This document shows positions 37,326 to 45,715 of a stretch of 64,000 nucleotides of DNA, piece after piece. Origin of the DNA: a virus; the IMG/VR virus record IMGVR_UViG_3300045974_000100, positions 1-64,000 of that record; one strand, given 5' to 3'. Every line of letters starts with the position of its first letter. Position 1 is the stretch's first letter. A program made the position numbers and the translations under genes. Below the pieces are notes generated by a model. The model did no database searches and was not told the DNA's origin. It worked only from the letters and a program-made list of their open reading frames with translations.

Positions 37326-40027
37326 GGTGGTGGGATGACCCGTCAACAGCGCGCACCGTCCTTGGTGTCGTGGACGATTCTGACGTCGGCCAAGGGGTGG
37401 GTACGGCCGTTCTCGGCTATCACGCTCTCGCTATGGGTGCTCTCAAACCTTTGGCTGCGGCTACTCTCGTCGACTCGGGCCAGGTTCGTAACGCTCTCGC
37501 CCATGTGGATCTAGAGCCGGTCAAAGAGGCCATGGCGATGGCACTGTCGCATGCTGTGGATGATCCGGAGTTGATCGCTGAACGGTTCGTCAACGGCATG
37601 CACGAGTCGTCGTCTGCTCTCACGACGCGCCTGGTCGACGTGTGGACGAACTCGAAGATGGCATGGCCGCAGGCAATCGAACGCGCCGCTGAGGTTCACG
37701 GTGTCCCTCCGGAGTTCCTGGGCACTTACCCGGTGGACGCGAAGTTGCCGATGTTCCCGGAGTCTGTGCGCCGTGACAAGGCTGACCGTGTCCTCATGTC
37801 GTTCGCCGGCAGCTTGTCGAGCATTCCGGACGTGCCGGCTGTCTTGGCGAAGTCCTACCAGTTCGAAGAGGACCATCCGCGGGGTGAAGGTGGGAAGTTC
37901 CGCACTAAGGAGGAGCAGGAGAGGGACGCCCGTAAGGCCAAGCGGATCAAACGCATGAACCGGATGAACGCGGTCACAGCGCAGGCTCAGCAGAAGCGCA
38001 CCACGCAACGGGTGAAGGTGGAACGCGCCGAACAGGAGCAAGCCAACCAGGCCGAGCAGATGCGCCAGTTGATGGCGTTGCAGCCGACCCGTGCAGCGTT
38101 GCAAGAGGAACTGGGCATGGTGCCGCTCAAGCGCCAGTCCGGTCTGCAGGGGCGCCAATCTCAGCCGAAGGTGCAAGGTAAGGGCCAGGACGGCCCGTCA
38201 CCGTACCCGGAGATCAGCGACGCCCTACTCAAGCGGTACCCCGGTGACTATCCCTCTGCGGCGATCGCTTCGGACAAGGTGTTCTTCCTCATTCCGAATG
38301 CTGTGTCGTCGATCATCGACAATGAGTTCAACGGCACACCGCTGTCGTGGTGGAACTTGGCTGAAGCGGCCGGTGCTGCCCCTCATGCGGTGCGGAAGTT
38401 CAACCCGATGTCGGAAAACGAGTTCAACACGTTCGTCCGGAACAAGCTGCTGAACAGCACCGAGTACCAGGCTGCAGTGAACAAACTCATCTCTGTGGGT
38501 AGTTCGGGTGAGACGGGCCGTATTGGGAGCGCGGAGTACCAGGCGGCGTTGGACAACGTCTCGAGGGCCGCCCAGGTCGTCATCGACAACGCTCCGGAGT
38601 TCCGTGAGTACACGGTGGGGTGGACGCCTGGTGACGAGTTCCTCATCCATGACGCGAACATGTCATCACCGGTGCCTGAGAAGTGGCTGCCGGCGGAGGG
38701 CGCCAAGTACACACCTCTTCCCACGGTGACTTCTGGCAGTGGTGTGAAGGCTGAGGTGTTCGTCGATCTCCCTGGGTTGAAGGGAACGCCGCACAAGCAA
38801 CGCCTCCAGGTGCATTTCCCGGCTACTCAGGAGTTCGGCGCTGGCCAAATGTACGGCGGTGGCATCACCAGTGGGCCTCACGTAGCGGTGGAGTTCGGCA
38901 AGTCTGGTGAGTGGGAGGAACAGGAGCATCCTCGTGGGGATCGTGGCCTATTCACGGACAAGCCAGTGAGCCGCAGAGACGTCCGGGCGCGTCGGTTTAT
39001 GGCGATCCAGCAGCAAACCAAGCAACGTCGGTCTCGTGATGTGCGTCAGGAAACTGTTCGCGCGCAGCAAGAGGCCCCAGCCGTCGCAGCGGAGCGCTCG
39101 AAGCTTGTGGATCTGTTCGGTGCACGGGAACAGCCCCTTGAGCGTCGTCAGTCCGGCCTTCAGGGCCGTCAACGTCGTGAGTCGCTGAGTGGGTTGCAGG
39201 CTCCGTTGCCTCGTCCGAAGGCCACTCCGCATGTGTTGGACGGCATGTTGGGCTTCTATACGCCTGATTTCCTCCCCGACATCGCGTTCATTGACCCGAA
39301 AGGCGCCAAACCAGGTGACATCTGGGACAACGAGGCAGGCTTTGATGCCAACGAACCGGATGCGATCAACCCACACATGGAGCCGGTCGCGAACTTCAGC
39401 GACATCGGGGTGGATACCGGCAGTGGGGCATCAAAGTCGATCATCATCAAGGTCGACAAGGGGTCGTGGTTCTCCAACACAGTCCTGTCGAACGCTCACC
39501 GGGACCAGGCGCAGACACCTGAGCAGGCCAACACGTCAGGGAACGCCGCCTACAAGAAGATCTTGGACTACATCCAGAACCGTCACGAGATGTTGTCGGC
39601 TGTGTTCGATGACCAGGAAGTCGCGCAGGGTGAAGCCGACCGGATGAACTTGTTCGACACGAAGGCCGGCCGTGACTCTTACGAATGGGTCGACGAGGAC
39701 GGCACTGACGTCGGGTCTGAGCACTACCAGGTGATCCCGGCGCCGGTCGGTGGCAAGGAACGGTTCCGCATCGTCCCCGCTTACGCCGATGACCGTGAGG
39801 GCTCTGTTGTCCGCAACTCGCTGAACTTGCTCACTGGCACTCCGCAGGCGTGGAAAGAGTTCGCCCGGACGGGTCAGGCCCGCATCGAACGCGTCAACAC
39901 GTCCCACAACACCTATGACTGGGATGCGAACGATCTGATGTACGGCGGGGACAAGATCCTTTCGACTGAAGTGAACACCGATGTGGCGTTGTTCCGCATC
40001 AGCCCTGTTACCGGTGAACGGCGTTGA
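37322..40027 (+). CDS. Large head-associated protein with two HPRG..G.F modules
   Basis: LAKSYQFEEDHPRGEGGKFRTK and FGKSGEWEEQEHPRGDRGLFTDK; duplicated RQSGLQGRQ. Confidence 0.8.
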   Translation: MRWWDDPSTARTVLGVVDDSDVGQGVGTAVLGYHALAMGALKPLAAATLVDSGQVRNALAHVDLEPVKEAMAMALSHAVDDPELIAERFVNGMHESSSALTTRLVDVWTNSKMAWPQAIERAAEVHGVPPEFLGTYPVDAKLPMFPESVRRDKADRVLMSFAGSLSSIPDVPAVLAKSYQFEEDHPRGEGGKFRTKEEQERDARKAKRIKRMNRMNAVTAQAQQKRTTQRVKVERAEQEQANQAEQMRQLMALQPTRAALQEELGMVPLKRQSGLQGRQSQPKVQGKGQDGPSPYPEISDALLKRYPGDYPSAAIASDKVFFLIPNAVSSIIDNEFNGTPLSWWNLAEAAGAAPHAVRKFNPMSENEFNTFVRNKLLNSTEYQAAVNKLISVGSSGETGRIGSAEYQAALDNVSRAAQVVIDNAPEFREYTVGWTPGDEFLIHDANMSSPVPEKWLPAEGAKYTPLPTVTSGSGVKAEVFVDLPGLKGTPHKQRLQVHFPATQEFGAGQMYGGGITSGPHVAVEFGKSGEWEEQEHPRGDRGLFTDKPVSRRDVRARRFMAIQQQTKQRRSRDVRQETVRAQQEAPAVAAERSKLVDLFGAREQPLERRQSGLQGRQRRESLSGLQAPLPRPKATPHVLDGMLGFYTPDFLPDIAFIDPKGAKPGDIWDNEAGFDANEPDAINPHMEPVANFSDIGVDTGSGASKSIIIKVDKGSWFSNTVLSNAHRDQAQTPEQANTSGNAAYKKILDYIQNRHEMLSAVFDDQEVAQGEADRMNLFDTKAGRDSYEWVDEDGTDVGSEHYQVIPAPVGGKERFRIVPAYADDREGSVVRNSLNLLTGTPQAWKEFARTGQARIERVNTSHNTYDWDANDLMYGGDKILSTEVNTDVALFRISPVTGERR

Positions 40028-40060
40028 AATGCGCCATGATGAAGCGATTAGGAGGTTGTC

Positions 40061-40828
40061 GTGGCTGACTCAATGACGGTCGTCAAGTCCCTAAACGAGA
40101 TTGACCCCGGTTTCCAGCGCCTGTGCAAGACGATGTTCGGCGACGGGGTCGACACGGAGCGTCTGTGGACGTACCTCTACGGGGTCGACGGCATCACCAA
40201 GATGGCTCCTCCGGACGCGCATGTGCTTTCTTCCGGCGCGAAGCAGGGCGGTAAGCGCATCTTGGCCGCGGTGAAGTCCCGTCCCGGCATTGCGCTGGAG
40301 TCGTCGTCTGCTGCTGTGCTCGCTGACCGGTCCATTGCTCGGCGTAAGCGCAAGCCACAGCCCAAGATGTACTCGCCGTTCGACTACGACACGCCGACGT
40401 TCGTCGCTAAGGGTGTCATCACTGGCACTGACCCGGTCCGCCAGCAGGTTTTTGGCTGGGCGTCGATCTCTGAGCACAACGGTGTCCTGATTGAGGACCG
40501 CCAGGGCGACATCATCATGGAGCCGGAACTGGAGAAGGCGGCCTACAAGTACGTGGTCGACTCGCGTGTGGGTGGCGACGAGCATCGCCGTGTCCCGGTG
40601 CAGAAGTTCGATGACGGCATGATTCCCCTTCACGCCTCTGACTTGATCGAGTCGATGGTGTTCACGAAGGAGAAGATCGCCAAGCTGCATCTTCCGGAGT
40701 CCACTCCGATCGGCTGGTGGGTGGGGTTCCAGGTCAACGACAACCAGGTGTGGGACGACGTCGTCACCGGTAAGCGCACCGGTTTCAGCATCCATGGCAA
40801 GGGTCGCCGTATCCCGGTCGAGGCCTGA
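40061..40828 (+). CDS. Prohead maturation serine protease, XkdF-like
   Basis: QVFGWAS, DRQGD...ELEKAAYKY, GDEH, LIES, PIGWWVGF...VW..V..G..TGFSIHG. Confidence 0.85.
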   Translation: MADSMTVVKSLNEIDPGFQRLCKTMFGDGVDTERLWTYLYGVDGITKMAPPDAHVLSSGAKQGGKRILAAVKSRPGIALESSSAAVLADRSIARRKRKPQPKMYSPFDYDTPTFVAKGVITGTDPVRQQVFGWASISEHNGVLIEDRQGDIIMEPELEKAAYKYVVDSRVGGDEHRRVPVQKFDDGMIPLHASDLIESMVFTKEKIAKLHLPESTPIGWWVGFQVNDNQVWDDVVTGKRTGFSIHGKGRRIPVEA

Positions 40829-40829
40829 C

Positions 40830-41054
40830 GTGGAGTTCGGGTGGGCCTTGGAGGTCCTCAAAGAGGGTGGTCGTGTTGCCCGTGTGGGGTGGAACGGCCC
40901 GAATCAGTGGATCGCCATGCAGCACCCGGACGAGCATTCGAAGATGACGTTGCGCTACATCTACATCCACACGGTTCAGGGTGACCTTGTTCCGTGGCTG
41001 GCTAGTCAGACTGATTTGATCGCTGAGGACTGGGTGGAGGTGCCTGATGAGTGA
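40830..41054 (+). CDS. DUF2829 / Tad2-like anti-defence protein
   Basis: FGWALEVLKEGGRVARVGWNG...VPWLASQTDLIAEDW. Confidence 0.85.
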   Translation: MEFGWALEVLKEGGRVARVGWNGPNQWIAMQHPDEHSKMTLRYIYIHTVQGDLVPWLASQTDLIAEDWVEVPDE

Positions 41055-41352
41055 ACGCCCCCAGGTGTCTGCACTGATCGGTAAGGCCTCCCGTTTCGTT
41101 CCGGCTGACGCCCAACCGTTGGGTCCGCTCGACTTCGGGCATCCCATCCCTCAGATCGGCCACCGTCCCATTGATCCTGTGTTGATGTCGTCTGCGGCTC
41201 GGATGATGGTCGACGCGGAGGCTGCAGCGTTTGGAAGACGCGTAAGCCGTAAGCGCCGTCGTGAACTGCAGGGCGCCTACACCGACTTCGCTGGTGGACG
41301 CCAGTGGCTATACGCCCCGTTGAACTCCGCGATCTCAGGGAACAACCGATGA
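41047..41352 (+). CDS. Small basic head-region protein
   Basis: GGAGG SD; LIGKA motif near the N-terminus. Confidence 0.65.
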   Translation: MSERPQVSALIGKASRFVPADAQPLGPLDFGHPIPQIGHRPIDPVLMSSAARMMVDAEAAAFGRRVSRKRRRELQGAYTDFAGGRQWLYAPLNSAISGNNR

Positions 41353-43655
41353 GCAGCCCAGTCCGGCAGTACAAGCAGCCCTCGAAGGCTGAGACCGCTG
41401 TCGGCATTGGTCTGAACACTGTCGCGTTGGCTGGTGGTGTGTCGGGGTTGTCCCAGGCCACGGACCATTTCCGTCGTCGCGTGTTCAACATCCCGATCGA
41501 TGCCCGCTCCACTGAGGAGAAGGCCGCTGCACGCCTGGCGAAGGTGCCGTCGAAGCCGTTGAAGGCCGCTGTAAGACCGATTTTGGAGCATCCTCGTGGT
41601 GCTGCGATTGGTCTTGCTGGTGGTGCGATGGGGTTGCATGCCACTGAATTGGTGGGAGATGTGTTGGCGCGGCGGTCGTTCCGTCGTCAGCAGCAGGCCA
41701 ACAAGGACAGTGTGGGTAAGGCGTTGACGCCGTTTGCCTCGGTGGCGCCGAAGGACAAGCACATCTTCCCGACGAAGCCGAAGAAGGTGGGTGTGCAGGG
41801 CGCTGGTCTTGCCTCCAAGCCCACGTCGGTGGCGTCGAATCCTCAGAGTCAGAACGGTCAAGTGTTGAAGGGGTTTGTGATGAGCGACTTGGGTAACGAG
41901 ACCCCGTTCGGCTCCCGTTCGTTGGCTGCCGAGGACGTCTCCAAGGGCATGTTGGGTGTCGCACTTGCGGGTGCGAAGTCGTTGCGTGGCGGTGCGAACA
42001 TCATCGGCCGGCAGCTGCGGTCTGAGGGTGGCGCCAAGACGGTGGGCAACCAGTTGGCCCAGGGTTTCCGCGGCCGTACGGCAGGAATGTCGCGTAACGC
42101 GGAGATGGGCGAGAAGTTGGGTCAGCGGGTGCAGGGTGTGAATCCTCGTTCGCCGTTCCCGACGCATGCTGGTCCGACGTCTCCGATGCGTTCTCCGATC
42201 ATGCCGGCGTTCCGGATCGGCTACCGCGCTCCTGAGATCGCTGGGGCTGCAGGTCTTGGTTTGGGTGCTGGTGCGTTGGGTGAGGCACACGGCCGTCATG
42301 TGTCTAAAGCTGCCATGGGACCTCGTACCGCTGCTCGAGCGCAGGAACTGGCTGGCAAACTCGCTGGCCGTCGCGCTTTCACGCCGAAGGAAAAGACTGT
42401 TCTCGCGGGCAAACAGCATCGCGCTCAGGGACTGGTTGAGCGTTCCCATGAAACGGCTGAGCAGTCCGCTGACTGGCGCAAGTTCGGCGGGGAACAGGAC
42501 CGTGAGGACCGCGGGTTCAACAAGGCTCGCAACTTCGTTGAGCGGTTCGACTGGGATCAGAAGACTGGGGCGCGTCGCAAGGCCATTCCGGGCTACAAGA
42601 CTTCGCCTCCTCGTCAGCGCGCACTGACTGGCGACAACAAGACTTACCTGGGCATGCCGAATAACCCTGGTACGGGTACCCGCCAGGGTTTGGGCGCTGG
42701 TCGTGGTGGCGAAACGGTCGACTACGAGTACACGGGCAATCGTCGCGTGCGGAAGTCCACTGACCGTGACCGTCGCGCTGGCAAGGGCTTCCAACAGTTG
42801 GGTGCCGCTGAATTGGCCGCTGCCCCGGTTGCTGGTGGCGCTGGTGCTGTCGGTTTGCACTCCATGAAGCGCAACATCGGTCAGCAGAAGCACTGGGAAG
42901 AGGCTTCCACTCACATGAACGGTGAGGCGAAGATCAACGCCCTGGTGAACTCGTCCAAGCATGAACTCAAGGCCTACAAGATGGCCCAGTTGGGTGGTCG
43001 TGGGACAGCGATCGGTGCTGGTTTGGCTGCGTTCGGCGCCACTGACCTGGCGATCGGCCACCACTTGAAGAACCGCGGCCGCAAGCCTGTCGCCAAGGGT
43101 ATGAAGCCCATCCGCAACGTGGGAGCGCCATTCCTTCGCCGTTATGCCGGACGCAACAACCCGGTGAAGGTCACGGAGATCATGGCGCGTTCCAAGGGCA
43201 ACCTGGCTCTTCGCGCGCATGACGCCACTCACGGCCTCAATCCGTCTGGTGACGCGCTTCAGCGGTCCAACCCGTTCCTTCCTGGCGCTACGCATCAGCG
43301 AGGGAAGTTGGTCATGGACATGAACGGAGCCGCCGGTCGTAACGCTGACCGTGCTGTGTCCAAGGCTGAACGCCGTTTCGACGCCGAGTCTGACCGTCAA
43401 CGCCGCGTCGGTATCTCCGCTGGCGCTGGTGTCGCAGGTGGCGCAGGTCTGGGTTACGCAGCCCACCACCACTTGAAGGGTTCCGGCGCCATCAACTACG
43501 ACAAGGGCCGGCTGTTGCTCAACGGTCGTAAAGCTGCCGGTACGCATCGTGGCCGCATCGGTTTGGGCCTCGCAGCCGGTTCAGCGATCGCCAGTTCTGC
43601 CGGTATCGGTGCCTACTCGTATGGCACGTCTGAGCGGAACCGCCGATGGAACTGA
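41349..43655 (+). CDS. Basic Gly-zipper modular protein (putative cargo polyprotein C)
   Basis: ATGA start; SVGKA, DVSKG, HVSKA, PVAKG, AVSKA boundaries; ~7 Gly-rich hydrophobic helices. Confidence 0.78.
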   Translation: MSSPVRQYKQPSKAETAVGIGLNTVALAGGVSGLSQATDHFRRRVFNIPIDARSTEEKAAARLAKVPSKPLKAAVRPILEHPRGAAIGLAGGAMGLHATELVGDVLARRSFRRQQQANKDSVGKALTPFASVAPKDKHIFPTKPKKVGVQGAGLASKPTSVASNPQSQNGQVLKGFVMSDLGNETPFGSRSLAAEDVSKGMLGVALAGAKSLRGGANIIGRQLRSEGGAKTVGNQLAQGFRGRTAGMSRNAEMGEKLGQRVQGVNPRSPFPTHAGPTSPMRSPIMPAFRIGYRAPEIAGAAGLGLGAGALGEAHGRHVSKAAMGPRTAARAQELAGKLAGRRAFTPKEKTVLAGKQHRAQGLVERSHETAEQSADWRKFGGEQDREDRGFNKARNFVERFDWDQKTGARRKAIPGYKTSPPRQRALTGDNKTYLGMPNNPGTGTRQGLGAGRGGETVDYEYTGNRRVRKSTDRDRRAGKGFQQLGAAELAAAPVAGGAGAVGLHSMKRNIGQQKHWEEASTHMNGEAKINALVNSSKHELKAYKMAQLGGRGTAIGAGLAAFGATDLAIGHHLKNRGRKPVAKGMKPIRNVGAPFLRRYAGRNNPVKVTEIMARSKGNLALRAHDATHGLNPSGDALQRSNPFLPGATHQRGKLVMDMNGAAGRNADRAVSKAERRFDAESDRQRRVGISAGAGVAGGAGLGYAAHHHLKGSGAINYDKGRLLLNGRKAAGTHRGRIGLGLAAGSAIASSAGIGAYSYGTSERNRRWN

Positions 43656-44155
43656 GGCTTGCTTCTACGGGCGTGGCCAAGGGTCTTCCTGTGGCGCTGC
43701 GTAGCGTCAGCGAGAGCACTCTGTACGGTGAACAACGTCGCCTGGCGCATCGCAGTGGTCGGGTGGCTGCTCGCGGTGTGGCGTTGGCGCGTGAGAACTA
43801 CCGCAAGTCCCCTGACATGGCGGCGCTGCTGCATCAGGCAAGTAAGAAGGCGGGACAAGCTGGTGTCCAGGCGCGGCGAGATGCGCGGTCTCTGGTCGGC
43901 AAGGCTGATGTCCCTGACGAGCCGGAACGTCGGCCGTTCTCAATACCTAACCCGAAGAAGAAGCCGAACGGTTCTGTGGCATCGATTGAGCAGGCTGTGA
44001 AGCGCTCGGGTAAAGGACGCCGTGTGGCGTTAATCGCGATTCCCGTTGGGGTTGGTGCTGCCGGTGCTGGCGCCTTTGGTTTACATGCTGCGACACGCAG
44101 TCGAACCAAAGTTGCTAGTGGGGCGCGTAACTCCTCAAGTTCGGTCAGGATGTGA
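43646..44155 (+). CDS. Basic Gly-zipper protein (putative cargo D)
   Basis: GVAKG, LVGKA; C-terminal VALIAIPVGVGAAGAGAFGL. Confidence 0.7.
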   Translation: MELRLASTGVAKGLPVALRSVSESTLYGEQRRLAHRSGRVAARGVALARENYRKSPDMAALLHQASKKAGQAGVQARRDARSLVGKADVPDEPERRPFSIPNPKKKPNGSVASIEQAVKRSGKGRRVALIAIPVGVGAAGAGAFGLHAATRSRTKVASGARNSSSSVRM

Positions 44156-45276
44156 CTGTTATGAGTACACGGCAGCGTTACGCACTGGTCGACATGGATC
44201 TCGATGAGGTGTCCACGGTCGGCATCCCAGCTAACCAGTTGGGGATGATTGTCTTGGCCAAAAGTGCCGGCAGCGGCCAAGACCTGATTTCCGAGGAGGG
44301 TTCCATGCCGGGTCAAGAGTTGTATGACGCTGAAGGCAGGGTCGTTGACCCGGAGGCGCTGGAAGTTGGCGACTACGTGTATGACGGTCCAGATGATGAA
44401 GCCGAAGAGTTCCAGGTTGTTCCTGTGGACGAAGACGGTTACATCCTCGAAGACGAACTCGAGCTTGTCGGCAAGGCTGGCGAACTTGAGATGGGTGGAC
44501 GCGCTGCACGGTATGGCGCGAAGGCCTCGAAGGCTCGCCGTGCGTTGCAGGCTCAGGGTGATCGTGCCCGTGCCGGCGCTGGCCGCGCCAAGAACTACAT
44601 GGTCGAGCACCGCCCCACTGCAAGTCCTGGTGAGGCTGGCGAGAAGTGGCACACAGGTGGCCGTGAAGGTTACCGCCTGACTTCCGAGGGCAAGCGAGTC
44701 GCTGGCTATGCCGGTGCGGGCGCTGGTGCTCTCGGTGCTGCTGGTGGTGGCGGTTACGCTGCTGGCCGTCGTGGCCATGTGGGCAAGTCGTTCGCCCAGT
44801 CGATCCTCGACGATGTGTCCAAGGCCGTCACCACTGACGACCAGATCAGCATCGTTGCCAAGGCGCTGCAGCAGTCCGAGAACGAGCGCGAGTTGCTCAT
44901 TCGGAAGTCTGCGCAGCTCGAGGCTCGCCTGAACGAAGCCGAAGACGCTGCGACGTTGAACTGGGCGATCTCCAAGGCTGCCGAGTACAACTTGCCGATC
45001 GACGCCGACGAGTTCGGTCCGATCCTCAAGCGCCTGGTCGAGAACATGCCTGAGCGCGACATGTACGTGCTCGACGAACTGTTCAAGTCCATCGGTGCCA
45101 CATTCTTCGAGGAACTGGGTTACAACGGCGGTTCACCGGAGTCGTCTTACGACTACGTGGCCGCCGCCGCTCAGGAACTCGTCGCCAAGACAGGTGCTTC
45201 GGACGCGCAGGCCATCACGGCCATGTACAACGCGAACCCGGACGCCTACGACGCCTACCTCGCGGAAGGACGGTAA
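44152..45276 (+). CDS. Scaffolding protein with N-terminal protease-like segment
   Basis: Directly upstream of decoration protein and MCP; N-terminal DEVSTVGIPANQ; acidic region, coiled coil, C-terminal NPDAYDAY. Confidence 0.8.
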   Translation: MTVMSTRQRYALVDMDLDEVSTVGIPANQLGMIVLAKSAGSGQDLISEEGSMPGQELYDAEGRVVDPEALEVGDYVYDGPDDEAEEFQVVPVDEDGYILEDELELVGKAGELEMGGRAARYGAKASKARRALQAQGDRARAGAGRAKNYMVEHRPTASPGEAGEKWHTGGREGYRLTSEGKRVAGYAGAGAGALGAAGGGGYAAGRRGHVGKSFAQSILDDVSKAVTTDDQISIVAKALQQSENERELLIRKSAQLEARLNEAEDAATLNWAISKAAEYNLPIDADEFGPILKRLVENMPERDMYVLDELFKSIGATFFEELGYNGGSPESSYDYVAAAAQELVAKTGASDAQAITAMYNANPDAYDAYLAEGR

Positions 45277-45282
45277 CGGCTC

Positions 45283-45702
45283 ATGGCTTCCGACGAGCGC
45301 GTTGTCGCGTACACCCTCCAGGCTGACTCCAGCATCGGCATTTACACGGGTCCTCCCGGTATGCCGGGTTCGGCCAGCCCCAACAACGGCAAGGCGTACT
45401 GCTTTGTGAAGATCACTGGCACCCGCCAGGTGGGTTTGCAGAGCGTCGCTGGTGCTGCATCGATCGGCGTGCTGTACAGCAAGCCCCAGGCAACCGGTGA
45501 TCCTGCTGCGGTAGCGGTCTCCGGCATCGTCAAGGTCCTGACAGACGCGACAGCAACGATCGTGGCCGGTTCGCCGATCACCTCGAATGCTGCCGGTCTT
45601 GCCAAGGTCGGTGTTCCGGGAACGGACGCCATCCAGGGCTATGCCTTGCAGGGGTCGACGACGACGAGCCAACTCATCTCCGTCCTCCTCCGTCAGCCGT
45701 AA
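45283..45702 (+). CDS. Capsid decoration / cement protein
   Basis: Small G/A-rich protein before the MCP; SIGVLYSKP...V.VSG..KV...I.AG..ITSNAAG.A. Confidence 0.75.
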   Translation: MASDERVVAYTLQADSSIGIYTGPPGMPGSASPNNGKAYCFVKITGTRQVGLQSVAGAASIGVLYSKPQATGDPAAVAVSGIVKVLTDATATIVAGSPITSNAAGLAKVGVPGTDAIQGYALQGSTTTSQLISVLLRQP

Positions 45703-45715
45703 GGGGTAGCTGAAC

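Noticed and set aside
41277-43547. 756-aa minus-strand ORF
   Set aside because: Antisense shadow of a high-GC gene; no motifs; opposes the operon direction
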